DNA of 64,000 bases, taken from the IMG/VR virus record IMGVR_UViG_3300044568_000868, positions 120 through 64,119 of that record; one strand, written 5' to 3'. The number at the start of each line of letters is the position of its first letter. The stretch's first letter is position 1. Under the pieces are notes generated by a model. It saw only the letters and a program-made list of their open reading frames with translations, had not been told where the DNA came from and did no database searches. This DNA is from a virus. Its lineage: Duplodnaviria; Caudoviricetes. Of this stretch, positions 45,419 through 55,822 are shown piece after piece. Both the position numbers and the translations under genes were made by a program.

Positions 45419-47116
45419 CTATTGCGCAGGAGGAGCCGAATATCTTATATTACCTAAAGGCTGTCCTAAAGGCTGTCCTAAAGGTTGTCCTGAAGCCTGG
45501 CCTCCTCTCGCAGTATTTAAATTCCCTAAAGGGTCACTAGCTAGGTTTCGTATGTATTTGTGAGCTAACTCTATCTTAGCATCTGGAGGTAGATTCATTG
45601 TTGTAGGGTTGGTTTGTATTTGTTCTAAAATATTGGTAGCTATAGTCTGCATCTTAGGATCATTTTCATACGAAGCTTTCAGTTTAGTTAATACATAGTC
45701 CTTATCAGCGTTCATTTGAGCTATTTCCATTGAGGACTTATTATGCATTTGCTCTTTTAGAAGGTCTATATCTTTCCCATATTTAAGTTCAGCCCACCTA
45801 CCAGCTGCCGCTGCTGCCGCTGTTTTTTCAGCGTTCTTTTGAGCTAAGTACAAATCAGCAGCTTCTCGATCACCAGTCATAAGAGCTTTTTTATGCGCCA
45901 TTTGTAGAGCCATTAGCTCTTTATTTGCTGATTGTTCGTCTTTAGCACCTTGTTGATACCCCGATACACCTGATAATAACCCGGCACCCAATGCTTGACC
46001 CGCATATGGAGTCTGAGCAGATAGCATACCACCTATACCTTGGGTTAATGCAGTACCCCATTTATCTTTATTAGCCCCTCTAGCTAACTCTTTAGCCATA
46101 GCTACTTCTTCAGACATGTCAGCTTCAGGACCTCTAAAAGCTTTAATAGCCTCTTTCTCTTCATAGGCAGTTGGTGAGGCCTCGTTACGTGCTGCTGAAC
46201 TAGTTGGGCTTGCTTCATGCACTACGTCATCTTTACCTATAGGAGCTTCACTATATTTTGGGGTAGTATCCTTGTTTAACATATTAGCTACTATCGCATC
46301 TGCATCATAGGAGTTAGGGTCTACATTAGATCCTTTAGGAGTTAAATACTCACTTAGTTTAGATATATCAGAAGGTACATAAATTCCTCCGGGCAATGAT
46401 GCAATACCTTGAGCAGAAGAAGCTTCAGGGTGTTCTCTTTTATCTTTAGCTTCAGTTAGTAATTTTTTACGAGTATCCTTTGCTCTCTCTTTAGCATACT
46501 TATTATCACCATACTGAATACTGTCAGTAGATACGTTACCACCCAAGCTTTCAATACTATTAGCCAAATCCCCTGCGGCGCCTTCTTCAGCGTATTTAGT
46601 TTCTAGATTAGGATCGTTAGGGTCTATATTAAGGTTTTTTAGTCCAGCAAGGGGATCTGCTGTATAACTTCCAGCCGTACCATCAAAATGTCTGATCTCA
46701 CCCCCACGAGCCAGTGCAACTAACCCACCTGTAGCCGCTTGTTGTGGAGCTTGGGGCTGTGGAGCTTGTTGTGGAGCGGGAGTATTTTCTGGGGCTACGC
46801 CTATTCCTGCACCTCGCATTGGGTCTACTTGTTGCATAGCCATTTGGTTCCCACCTACAGATGGTAGTCCTTGTGGTGAAGTCTGCGCAAACTCACCTAA
46901 CTTTTGCTCCATTACAGTTTTTTGTGGAGCCTGTGGATGTGGAGCCCTAGCTTGTTGTTGGTATTGAACCCCCATACCTATAGCTAATAACAGAGGAGAG
47001 TCTTTTGGTAGTCCGTGTTTAGCCGCCTCTATCTGCTGTGGGGTAGCTGTTTTTGCCCAATCAAAAAGCTGGTTATTTTGCTGGATATAAGATTGATTAG
47101 TTACTGGAGCACTCAT
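45419..47116 (-). CDS. Putative internal virion/ejection protein
   Basis: Helical Q/A-rich; AATGG, LARGG; C-terminal QPLG x3. Confidence 0.65.
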   Translation of the reverse strand: MSAPVTNQSYIQQNNQLFDWAKTATPQQIEAAKHGLPKDSPLLLAIGMGVQYQQQARAPHPQAPQKTVMEQKLGEFAQTSPQGLPSVGGNQMAMQQVDPMRGAGIGVAPENTPAPQQAPQPQAPQQAATGGLVALARGGEIRHFDGTAGSYTADPLAGLKNLNIDPNDPNLETKYAEEGAAGDLANSIESLGGNVSTDSIQYGDNKYAKERAKDTRKKLLTEAKDKREHPEASSAQGIASLPGGIYVPSDISKLSEYLTPKGSNVDPNSYDADAIVANMLNKDTTPKYSEAPIGKDDVVHEASPTSSAARNEASPTAYEEKEAIKAFRGPEADMSEEVAMAKELARGANKDKWGTALTQGIGGMLSAQTPYAGQALGAGLLSGVSGYQQGAKDEQSANKELMALQMAHKKALMTGDREAADLYLAQKNAEKTAAAAAAGRWAELKYGKDIDLLKEQMHNKSSMEIAQMNADKDYVLTKLKASYENDPKMQTIATNILEQIQTNPTTMNLPPDAKIELAHKYIRNLASDPLGNLNTARGGQASGQPLGQPLGQPLGNIRYSAPPAQ

Positions 47117-49602
47117 TATTTCACACCTCTTTTGCTTACTTTACCGTTTTTAATGAGTCCACCACGAGCCCAAGTAGCTGGGTTATTTGTGGTTTGGCCT
47201 GTTGATGTCCCTCCACTCACAGGTTGAGCATTAACAGCCGCAACAGATCCTGCATTAATCTGGTTAGTAGCACCAAGAGCATTCTGAGCGGTTTGTTGGT
47301 TAGCATTGACACCTGCTTGAGACAGCGCTTGTTGAGCTTGAACTACTTGCCCTTGCGCCCCTAAGTTTGCTATACCCGCTTGATTCTCTGCTGTGCCCGT
47401 ACTTGATAACCCAGAAGCATTTTGTCCTACACCTTGAAGAGCAGCAATACCTTGTTGGTTAGCAGTTAATCCCGCTTGTTGGTTTGCTTGTTGAGCGGTT
47501 AATTGGTTTTGTACATAGGCATTGTTAGCTGCGTTTTGCGCTGCGGTGTTAGTTAGATTGACGTTTTGCTGGTTAGTAGCATTATATTGAGCTGACGCAT
47601 TTTGGGCTACTTGGTTTTGTTGCTCAGCAGTTAGCTGCCCACCGTAGTTAGTTCTAGCTGCCTCAAGAGCTTGTTGAACGTAAGCTTGCTCTGCTTGGTT
47701 CTGAGCCGCCATATTAGTAGCTTGCGTTTGCTGTTGTATATTTTGGTTAGCTAACGCCGCTTGCAAGTCATTACCCGCTTGAGTATTCTGAATACCCAAT
47801 TTAGCTTGTAAGTTTTGCAGTGCAGTGTTGTAGTCCATACCTTGGTTAGCCATCATAGCTTGTATTTCAGCCGCTTGATTAGCCAGAGTAGTCTGTTGAG
47901 AAGCAGTTAAGTTAGCTTGACCAGCTTGTAGTTGTTGCCCTTGCTCATTAGTAAACTGCCCCATACCAGAAGTATAAGCCTCTTGTAAACCTTTAGCCTC
48001 AATATCGCCTAATCTAGTAGCTTGATTACGAGCCGCTTCCGCTTGCTGTATAGCCTGACGAGACCCACCAAAAGCACCTGCTTGTACTGACTGAGCATTT
48101 AATTTATTAAGTTCTTGTAGGTAGTCTCTATTAGCTTCTCTCTTTTGTATATCCACTACGTTCTGCATGTAGGGCGACATGTAAGCTTCTGAGGTGCCTT
48201 TATCTATCCAAGACTTAGGGCCAGCCATTTGAGATGCTTCTGCTGTAGGTGCAGTAACTGCTCCCGGTCCTTGCATTTGGTATTGTTGCAGTTTATCCGA
48301 AGCGACATCACCCGCACCTTGCATAGTAGCAACATTAGCCTTTTGAGCAGCTATGTCTTTAGGGGCGTTCATACTAGCGGCGTTATACCCTGAAGCTTCG
48401 GCGTTAGCTACGTCTGCTTTATTGGCAGAGATATCAGTAGGCTTGTACCCCGCTGCAGCTTCTAACCCCGCTGAAGATCTTCCGTACATATCTGTTGCGG
48501 TTTTAAACTGCTCCGGTGTTTTTAAATCTCTAGCTGCTTGTTGAAGTTTTTGAAAATCTTCGTTTGTAGACTTGTACCCTATTATAGTCCCACCTACAAT
48601 ACCATCTTTCCAAACAGGTTCAGTATCAGCAGTTACATTTGTTATAGATGTCCCGATAGTGTTTTTTAAGTTAGCATCTGCTGTGGCTTGCTCTGCTGTT
48701 TTAGGGGGTGTGGTATCTACATTAGGGTATTGTTTTTTTTGAGCCGCTGTTATAGTAGCCCCTGCCGCTGCCGCCCCAGTTAAATATTTAGTGTAGTCCG
48801 CAGATGACTCTGTTGGGCCTTTAGGTCTAGGGGTCTCTATTCCTGTTTTTAAGTCTATATTACCCTCATACTTATTACCTGAAGAGTCAGTGTAGTTTTG
48901 CATAAAAGTCGTATTCGCTGGGTTAGGAGCGCCCCCCAAATCTATTATTTTTTGTATACGTGCTGCTTTTTGAGGGGCAGTTTCATTCTTTGGGCCTGTT
49001 TGTAGTGCTTTAACCGTTGCGGCGGTAACTGCTGTTTTTTTTACCTCGGCTTGTTTAGCAGCTGCAGCATCTGCTTTACCTTTAGCTGCTTTATCTTTAG
49101 CTGCCTTATCTGCCGCTGCTTTTGCTTTAGCTGCTTTATCTGCCGCTGCTTTCGCAGCAGTTCCACCCGCTGCATAGCCTTGTAAGGACATTATCCCACC
49201 ACGAGCTGCTTGTTGTTGATCTGCGGAGGGGGTAACTATAGGAACAGTAGGAACAGTAGGAACAGTAGGTTTAGTCCCTACAGGGTTTTCTGCAGATGGC
49301 GTAGGAGCTGTTGCATAAGGGGGAACAAACTGAGACTGTGTGGGTACTGGATTATACCCTTTCCTAAGCATGTCATTCCAAGCGGCAGTCTGTTCTGCAC
49401 CTGATCGTAGCATACTAGTAACTGGTCCGGGCTTATCCGCAGTTCCTAACATAAGAGCTTGGTATACTGGGTTTTGCCAAGGAGACTGATTAATAGTCTG
49501 AGTAGATGTAGTATTTGAAGGAGTAGCTGGTGCACCACCATAGAATCTAGGGCAGATGTATGTAAAGAATAATTTGTGAAGACTACTTGGTTTGAATATC
49601 AT
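47116..49602 (-). CDS. Putative internal virion/DNA-transfer protein
   Basis: YMSPY..NVV, AGAFGGSR, Q/N/A-rich repeats; three GG motifs. Confidence 0.7.
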   Translation of the reverse strand: MIFKPSSLHKLFFTYICPRFYGGAPATPSNTTSTQTINQSPWQNPVYQALMLGTADKPGPVTSMLRSGAEQTAAWNDMLRKGYNPVPTQSQFVPPYATAPTPSAENPVGTKPTVPTVPTVPIVTPSADQQQAARGGIMSLQGYAAGGTAAKAAADKAAKAKAAADKAAKDKAAKGKADAAAAKQAEVKKTAVTAATVKALQTGPKNETAPQKAARIQKIIDLGGAPNPANTTFMQNYTDSSGNKYEGNIDLKTGIETPRPKGPTESSADYTKYLTGAAAAGATITAAQKKQYPNVDTTPPKTAEQATADANLKNTIGTSITNVTADTEPVWKDGIVGGTIIGYKSTNEDFQKLQQAARDLKTPEQFKTATDMYGRSSAGLEAAAGYKPTDISANKADVANAEASGYNAASMNAPKDIAAQKANVATMQGAGDVASDKLQQYQMQGPGAVTAPTAEASQMAGPKSWIDKGTSEAYMSPYMQNVVDIQKREANRDYLQELNKLNAQSVQAGAFGGSRQAIQQAEAARNQATRLGDIEAKGLQEAYTSGMGQFTNEQGQQLQAGQANLTASQQTTLANQAAEIQAMMANQGMDYNTALQNLQAKLGIQNTQAGNDLQAALANQNIQQQTQATNMAAQNQAEQAYVQQALEAARTNYGGQLTAEQQNQVAQNASAQYNATNQQNVNLTNTAAQNAANNAYVQNQLTAQQANQQAGLTANQQGIAALQGVGQNASGLSSTGTAENQAGIANLGAQGQVVQAQQALSQAGVNANQQTAQNALGATNQINAGSVAAVNAQPVSGGTSTGQTTNNPATWARGGLIKNGKVSKRGVK

Positions 49603-49613
49603 AGCTCTAATCT

Positions 49614-50027
49614 CTAAAGTTTTTTACCAATAATGGTGTATTTGGGTTTCATGCCGTATCGAGACCATAGCTTAACTATAGATTCACGACCTGCACCTTC
49701 TAAATAAGTAGCACCGTTTGACCGGAGTATGTCTTCAAATTGAGCCCATGTAGCTCTGTTAGACACTAGTTTACCACCAATAGCCACCACAAATCCAACT
49801 CTGTCAGTGGGTCTATTAAAATAAAACACAACTAAAGCTCCATATATAGTATTTTCTTCATCAGTAGCAACAATAAGCTGCCATGACCCTAGTGATACCA
49901 TCACTCTTACTTCTTCAATATTGTAGTCCCCACAAGCATACTCAAGGGCTGCTTCTAAGAAATGCTCAACGTACTCCCATGTTTGGTTTACGTATTCTAA
50001 GGGTACTTGCTGTACTTTAAGCACCAT
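49614..50027 (-). CDS. GNAT-like protein
   Basis: Size and pattern (IGG...GAT.LEG.GR..W.RYG) resemble acetyltransferase-fold proteins of podovirus ejection modules. Confidence 0.45.
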   Translation of the reverse strand: MVLKVQQVPLEYVNQTWEYVEHFLEAALEYACGDYNIEEVRVMVSLGSWQLIVATDEENTIYGALVVFYFNRPTDRVGFVVAIGGKLVSNRATWAQFEDILRSNGATYLEGAGRESIVKLWSRYGMKPKYTIIGKKL

Positions 50028-51126
50028 GTTTTTTAGCCGCTCCTAAGCCTTGAATGTTAACTGCTTCTTTACGCACTTCCATCATAAGATGTCTTAAGAA
50101 CTCTGCACCTGCTTTAGAGGAGCCATTACCCAAAGCACTTACTACATCAGCAGGGATAATATAAGCGCCATCTTTAAGGGGAATTTGACCTCCATGTGCA
50201 AGAGCTGTAAGACCCCCAGTAGCTTTACCAATACCACTTAATGAAGATAGTGGCCCTGAAGGAGCCCCAAAACCTAAACCTTTTAAATTTGCCATACCTG
50301 CCTGATTTTGATTTGCAAACACTCCTGCTCTTGCCGCATCTTGTTGGGCGGCTTTTTTAGCCTCTTCATCTGCGTTTAACATGCTGTGTCCAGCATAATC
50401 GGTCGCAGCTCCAGCAACTACTCCGTTACCTATAGCCCCTAAATTATAAGAGTTATCAGGTCCTTTAGCTAATACTGAAGGCCCAGTAGGGTCATTTGTA
50501 CCTATAGGGGTACCGGGGTCAATTTTACCAAGTTCAGGTAAAGGATTTGTAGTTGTGCCTGTACCTGCAGTATCTGCGAGTGTAGCAGGAGTAGTGGGCC
50601 CCGCAGGTTTCCCAAGCCCTAAATCAGTTGTAGGTACTTCTTTTGGCCCTCCAATTCCTCCAGCCATCTCTCCCGCACCAGCGGTTACTGCGCCAGTAGC
50701 CCCCCCAATAAGGGCGCCTTTACCTATATCTTCTCCTTTTACAGCACTGGATCCTGCGCCTATAGCTGCACCTGTAGTAGCACCAACTGCAACATTAGTA
50801 GCTGTATTTCCAATAGCTCCCGCCATCCCTGCCGCTTTTGCTCCAGCAGCTAACCCTGATCCCACACCAGCTGTGGCTAACCCAGTTCCAGCTCCCATAA
50901 GAGCCCCTTTACCTATATCTTGTCCAGTAGCCGCTGCTTGAATAGCCCCCAATCCAGCACCTGCAGTAGCCGCAGTTCCTGCTCCAATTAATGCTGATGA
51001 AGTAGCTCCTAACGCTGCTGCTGACGCCCCTGCTGCACCTGCTGTGCCCGCTACTGCCCCTGTACCAACACCAACCAATCCTGCGGCTGTGGCTCCAAAG
51101 GTAGCTAATGCTCCTACAAAACTCAT
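50017..51126 (-). CDS. Gly/Ala-rich internal virion protein
   Basis: Glycine-zipper N-half; C-terminal LKDGAYIIPADVVSALGNGSSKAGA. Confidence 0.65.
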   Translation of the reverse strand: MSFVGALATFGATAAGLVGVGTGAVAGTAGAAGASAAALGATSSALIGAGTAATAGAGLGAIQAAATGQDIGKGALMGAGTGLATAGVGSGLAAGAKAAGMAGAIGNTATNVAVGATTGAAIGAGSSAVKGEDIGKGALIGGATGAVTAGAGEMAGGIGGPKEVPTTDLGLGKPAGPTTPATLADTAGTGTTTNPLPELGKIDPGTPIGTNDPTGPSVLAKGPDNSYNLGAIGNGVVAGAATDYAGHSMLNADEEAKKAAQQDAARAGVFANQNQAGMANLKGLGFGAPSGPLSSLSGIGKATGGLTALAHGGQIPLKDGAYIIPADVVSALGNGSSKAGAEFLRHLMMEVRKEAVNIQGLGAAKKHGA

Positions 51127-51914
51127 TGTTCTGCTCCTAGTCTTACTCGGTTAGCTTGTCTGTAGTCCACAGTAAGTTCTTCGTTTTTATATATCTTTTT
51201 TATAGCGTACATGTCTATATTATCTCCAGCCAGCACGTACTGTGTATTAGGGAATGAACTATGATTCGCATATCTCCCAACAGAGGTTCTAAATTGTCCA
51301 ATACGTCCGGGGGCTATACGAGCACCACTAGGGATGTCTTCAAAAGCAAATACACCTTGACCTTGAATAGCAGAGGGGGCTATATAAGTCAGTTTCTCAT
51401 TCTCTGGCATAGGTACTTGGTCTTCTAGATTTTCTGAAAGTGCTCTAGCTTGCATATCTGTAAACCCCGCCTCTGTAATAGCTTGTATATAGTCGTACTG
51501 TTGGTACTCTGCCATTGTATTAAACGTCAACACTTCAGCAACTTTAGTATCATCTTGTTCAGTACATGCGTGTATAGTAGCAAATTCCACTTCTTCGTGC
51601 ACATAAACTACACGGTGCGTTCCAGCTGGTGTTACAAACATATCAGGAGCAGTTACTTCTTGAGATTCACCCTCAGAGTTAAGCATTGTTATACGCCCTC
51701 TAAAGGCCACAGATATATGGTCTGTTTTGTGCACTCTTGTAGTAAAAAAACTCCCTGCAGGGACAATAATCCTACGCCCGTATAATTCTTTTGTGTGGTA
51801 ATGTTTTAGTGTAGTTTCTACACCTTGCAGTTCGCCACTGTCCACTTTAGCCTGTATGCATACCGCCAACTCATCAATAGAGTTTACGATTCCTTGTGTT
51901 TGAACGGAGTTCAT
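51123..51914 (-). CDS. Cupin-like plus SET-domain protein
   Basis: HKTDH..TIH cupin-like half; SAIQGQGVFA, RYANHS..PN, EELTVDY SET motifs. Confidence 0.8.
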   Translation of the reverse strand: MNSVQTQGIVNSIDELAVCIQAKVDSGELQGVETTLKHYHTKELYGRRIIVPAGSFFTTRVHKTDHISVAFRGRITMLNSEGESQEVTAPDMFVTPAGTHRVVYVHEEVEFATIHACTEQDDTKVAEVLTFNTMAEYQQYDYIQAITEAGFTDMQARALSENLEDQVPMPENEKLTYIAPSAIQGQGVFAFEDIPSGARIAPGRIGQFRTSVGRYANHSSFPNTQYVLAGDNIDMYAIKKIYKNEELTVDYRQANRVRLGAEQ

Positions 51915-53371
51915 GCTTTACCTTTTGCCGCTCTAGCTAACATTTTCTCAGCCGCTAAGCGTCCTGCATCTTGCTTGATTTGAGTTTTCTTACCGTGTGC
52001 AGCTTGTCTTACTATAGGTAGCAGGTTGTCTAATAACTTAGCCCCTTCTTCAGGATCACCAAAACCCAACATACGTACTAAATCAGGCGGTACAACAAAC
52101 TCACCATCAGCCAATCTGATCTCTTCTTCACCATCTATATTAGCAGGGATGTCATCAGACATGCCATCACCCGGACCGTCTAACATACCGCCATCTTCAA
52201 ACCCTTCTATTATTTCATGGCGTTGTGGTGTAGCTGCAGGGTATGGTTGGGCACTGTGTATTTGAGACTGCGGGTAAAAAGCATTTGGGTTTACAGGTTG
52301 AGTGTTGATATACCCCCCATTCGCCATTCCTGTCCCTTCTTTAGCTACATTTTGAGCTTGGTTAATCTCGTGCGGAATGTCTAATTTTGAAAATTCATCT
52401 AAATACCTAGGGGGGACAGTAAATGAGACGGGTGTTCCTCCCGCAGATAAAACTTTTGTTAGTGCTCCACCTGTAGCATACCCCTGTTTAGGGTTGATTA
52501 TATCTTTATAGTAGTTAAACTGTGTTTGAGTGTCAGGGCTATTAAGACTAGATAAAGGAGCTAATGGGTATCCTAAGTCCTTAAAGTACTGCTGTTGTTG
52601 CTGTTCATTAGCTTGCGCTGCAAGTTTTTCTTGGCGTATTTGGTTAGCCATAGCTTGGTTCTGCTCTACCATATCTTGAGCACTAGAGCCTAAAAGAGCC
52701 CCCATACCAGCCATTTTACCCCAGTCCCACATAACATCTTTATTAGCAAACATAGCGGAGCCTTGCTTACCCGAGGCGTCTAAAAGTCCCTCTGTTAAAG
52801 TTTTATCCATAGCTGGGTGTTGCAGATTTGGGGCCGCTGCTGAATTTATAGACTGATCTACCCCATATTTAGACGCATTACCTAAAGTAAACTCTGTAGG
52901 GGCTTTAAAGTCAAGTGTTGGAGAAGTCGCTATGCTATTTGTTATTGGGGCACTTTCAACAGACCCTACCTCCGGCAAATTACTACCACCAAAGCCCCCC
53001 ATACCTCCAGAAATAGCACCGCCTAATGCACCTGCACCAAACCCTTTACCTTGAGCTGCACTCAATGTTCCACCAGCTAAGGCACCAGTACCTGCTCCAA
53101 TGGCAGTACCTCCAAGAGCTCCCATACCTCCACCACCTAGAGCAGCAGCACCTGCACCGCCTGTAAGAGCTCCAATCCCGCCTATACCTAGTAGGGCAAC
53201 TATTTTCTTTAAGTCAAACGCCTCTTGTAGCCCTGTATGTGGGTTAGTTGGCAGTTTGTGGCCTATTAGTGATTGGAGCCCAGCTAGTTCGTCTTTGCTA
53301 ACATGTAAGAGCGTGTTGTCTCCGTTACGTCCTAGAGCTGATAAGCCTTTTGCAGTAGTGTTATATGCCAT
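51911..53371 (-). CDS. Internal virion protein
   Basis: GRNGD..L.H, NP.TGL.E, glycine zipper, GPGDGMSDDIPA..RLADGEFVVP. Confidence 0.7.
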   Translation of the reverse strand: MAYNTTAKGLSALGRNGDNTLLHVSKDELAGLQSLIGHKLPTNPHTGLQEAFDLKKIVALLGIGGIGALTGGAGAAALGGGGMGALGGTAIGAGTGALAGGTLSAAQGKGFGAGALGGAISGGMGGFGGSNLPEVGSVESAPITNSIATSPTLDFKAPTEFTLGNASKYGVDQSINSAAAPNLQHPAMDKTLTEGLLDASGKQGSAMFANKDVMWDWGKMAGMGALLGSSAQDMVEQNQAMANQIRQEKLAAQANEQQQQQYFKDLGYPLAPLSSLNSPDTQTQFNYYKDIINPKQGYATGGALTKVLSAGGTPVSFTVPPRYLDEFSKLDIPHEINQAQNVAKEGTGMANGGYINTQPVNPNAFYPQSQIHSAQPYPAATPQRHEIIEGFEDGGMLDGPGDGMSDDIPANIDGEEEIRLADGEFVVPPDLVRMLGFGDPEEGAKLLDNLLPIVRQAAHGKKTQIKQDAGRLAAEKMLARAAKGKA

Positions 53372-53380
53372 GTGTAATCT

Positions 53381-53707
53381 CTATACAATTTTAAGGGTGC
53401 CAGCACTATTCCAAACATCACCAGAACTTAGTCCAGTAGCAGAGGTTGGAAGATTTACAATGTTAACAATCGTTTTATTCACTAGCGAGCTAGTTGGGTC
53501 TACTACATAGTTTATAGAAGCCACAGGCTGTACTGTACCTGACCCTGTTAAAGTAAGTGTAAGATCAGTACCTCGAATACTTCCCGGATACCCTTGCTGT
53601 ACTATGAAGTAGTTTAATAGCCGTATTAGATTATCCATATACTGAACATCATATTCTAACGGGGGTAAAGGCAGTACCGGAGACGGTACTCTATTATTGT
53701 TAGCCAT
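53381..53707 (-). CDS. Tail-module hypothetical protein
   Basis: LPLPPLEY; C-terminal LPTSATGL..GDVWN..TLKIV. Confidence 0.65.
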   Translation of the reverse strand: MANNNRVPSPVLPLPPLEYDVQYMDNLIRLLNYFIVQQGYPGSIRGTDLTLTLTGSGTVQPVASINYVVDPTSSLVNKTIVNIVNLPTSATGLSSGDVWNSAGTLKIV

Positions 53708-55800
53708 TAGGATTTAGTACCATCAGGAGAAATATCTAAACGTGGAGTACCTAACTGCCATTTAACCCCAGTCCCATCACTACCTATTCTAAAAGCAACT
53801 TGCCTTCCTCGCAACCTAACAAACACTTGGTTGGTGTAATCATAAACTTGGGTAGTAACTTTAGAACCGGAGATATTAGTAGGTGTATCGTTAAGAAAGA
53901 GGCCCTGACCCGGAAAGTTGCGTGTTGATACCGTCATAGTTACAGAAGGTGTAGTCGTAGTAGACCCAATAAAGTCAACGTCAGGTATGACCCGTTTAAC
54001 AGCAGAGAACTTATCTCCCTCACCAATGTCAAAGTCAGCGCTCTCTATATATGCAGGGATCGCCGCAGGAGGGTTAACAGAACCATCATCAGTACCTGAC
54101 TCATGTTGCACCAACATGCCGTTATACGTAGCCCAAGGCGTACCCTGTATATGAGAGTCAAGCCACGAAGTTCTATCTATGTCGCCGTAATACCAAAGTT
54201 TTTCTAAGTAGTTATAAATAACATACCTATTGTTATAATCAGATTCAGAGGACGGATAGAACCACCATACTTCATTGTACTTTTCGTTAGTGCCAGCATA
54301 CACTTGGTTCGATTGAACAAAGTTAAAATCATCAAATACATACTGCCGTAGAGCACATGGTAGTGTATCTACCCTACCTGAATAAACATAGAATTTAGAG
54401 TTACCCATCCAGTATGTAATGTTATTAGCTGTTGCTACACAGTTAGGAGAGGCTATGGATACCTCAGTAGAAATTGTGTTGAAACCAAACGTATATGGAG
54501 GCCCTAAATATCGCATGGAATAGACAGATGTATCTGACCATATTAAGGTTTCTTGGCGTGTTGTTTCTGCTGTTATTAAGGCACTACCATATACTAAGCG
54601 TTGACTGCCTGCTGTGTTCGTTACCGCTGGGGTCCATGTTAAAGGGTCTTCTTGACTGCACCATCTAATAAGCAGGGGGTCTTGCGCTGTAGGGTCTACA
54701 GCATAAGGGTCGTTAGCACCAAGTACTACTATATGGCGTTCTTCAGTAACAAACACTCTTGCAGCTACATTAGGTGCTTGTCCATCAGTTCCGGGGAGGG
54801 CTGTTATATCTACGCCAACAGCAGTTACTTGCCCGCTAGGAGTTAAACTAGTTGAAGCATCCCAGTAGTAAACCCCTTCATTACGAACATTATATACAAG
54901 ATTCTGACCGAAAATAGCCGAACTCCATATACGCATCTCCTGCGTATTGACAGAAACTGGATAGGGTGTTCCCCACCCATGCCCTGTACCCCAAGGCCCT
55001 ATACCCCATCCATTACCAAATGTGTCTATAGCTTGCCCTGTATGAATTTGGTATTTAGCTACAACAGGAGCACTTCCACCACCATTAGTAGCTGATGTAG
55101 ATTGTATGCCTGTATATACAGTTATATAGTTTGTGGTTTGAGATGTTACTATATACTCTGCATTGAGCACTGCAGCGCTGTAAGGCCCAAAAGTTGTAGC
55201 CCCTGAAAAAGTAACGTAATCTCCTACGTTAGCGCCATTAGCAGCACTAGCCACAACTAAGTAAGCACTTGATACAACGGAACTTATGCTGTGTGTTGCT
55301 GCTGTTGTACCGTTATACCCTCGTATACAACCTGATAATGTAGTGCCAGCTGCAGAGGTAACGTAAATATCTTCAGACCCTATACGAACTACATAGGGAT
55401 ATACATAAGCAAAAGAAGTACCGCTTGTAACAGATATAGTTGTATCCGTATCTGAAATACCCGCTGAAAGGGTAGAATATATAGGGTAAAAAGGGTTTGC
55501 TGCAAGGTTACTTGATAAACGGATAGGGGTAATATCAAAGTACATCCCCCCTATATAAAGGTAGTATTTTAAATTAGTGCCAACACCCACTATATAGTTA
55601 CTGTTAAGTGACTCCCACTCTACAAGATTACGGCACTCACCTATATAAATATCCGCGCTAGGTAGCGCCCACCCATTTATTTTTTCAGGAGACCCGCTTC
55701 TAAACCGCGCCCATTGACATGCATAGAACCCCCCTGTATTTGCTAAGTTGGTAGATTCTCTAGAGACTCCGGGTCTAAACTGAAGGTATTGTAAAGCCAT
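53707..55800 (-). CDS. Tail nozzle / DNA stabilisation protein (P22 gp10-like)
   Basis: 697 aa beta-propeller-like; IRWCSQED, EVWWFYPS, RLRGRQ. Confidence 0.7.
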   Translation of the reverse strand: MALQYLQFRPGVSRESTNLANTGGFYACQWARFRSGSPEKINGWALPSADIYIGECRNLVEWESLNSNYIVGVGTNLKYYLYIGGMYFDITPIRLSSNLAANPFYPIYSTLSAGISDTDTTISVTSGTSFAYVYPYVVRIGSEDIYVTSAAGTTLSGCIRGYNGTTAATHSISSVVSSAYLVVASAANGANVGDYVTFSGATTFGPYSAAVLNAEYIVTSQTTNYITVYTGIQSTSATNGGGSAPVVAKYQIHTGQAIDTFGNGWGIGPWGTGHGWGTPYPVSVNTQEMRIWSSAIFGQNLVYNVRNEGVYYWDASTSLTPSGQVTAVGVDITALPGTDGQAPNVAARVFVTEERHIVVLGANDPYAVDPTAQDPLLIRWCSQEDPLTWTPAVTNTAGSQRLVYGSALITAETTRQETLIWSDTSVYSMRYLGPPYTFGFNTISTEVSIASPNCVATANNITYWMGNSKFYVYSGRVDTLPCALRQYVFDDFNFVQSNQVYAGTNEKYNEVWWFYPSSESDYNNRYVIYNYLEKLWYYGDIDRTSWLDSHIQGTPWATYNGMLVQHESGTDDGSVNPPAAIPAYIESADFDIGEGDKFSAVKRVIPDVDFIGSTTTTPSVTMTVSTRNFPGQGLFLNDTPTNISGSKVTTQVYDYTNQVFVRLRGRQVAFRIGSDGTGVKWQLGTPRLDISPDGTKS

Positions 55801-55822
55801 CCACCAATCCTCTAAATAGTGT

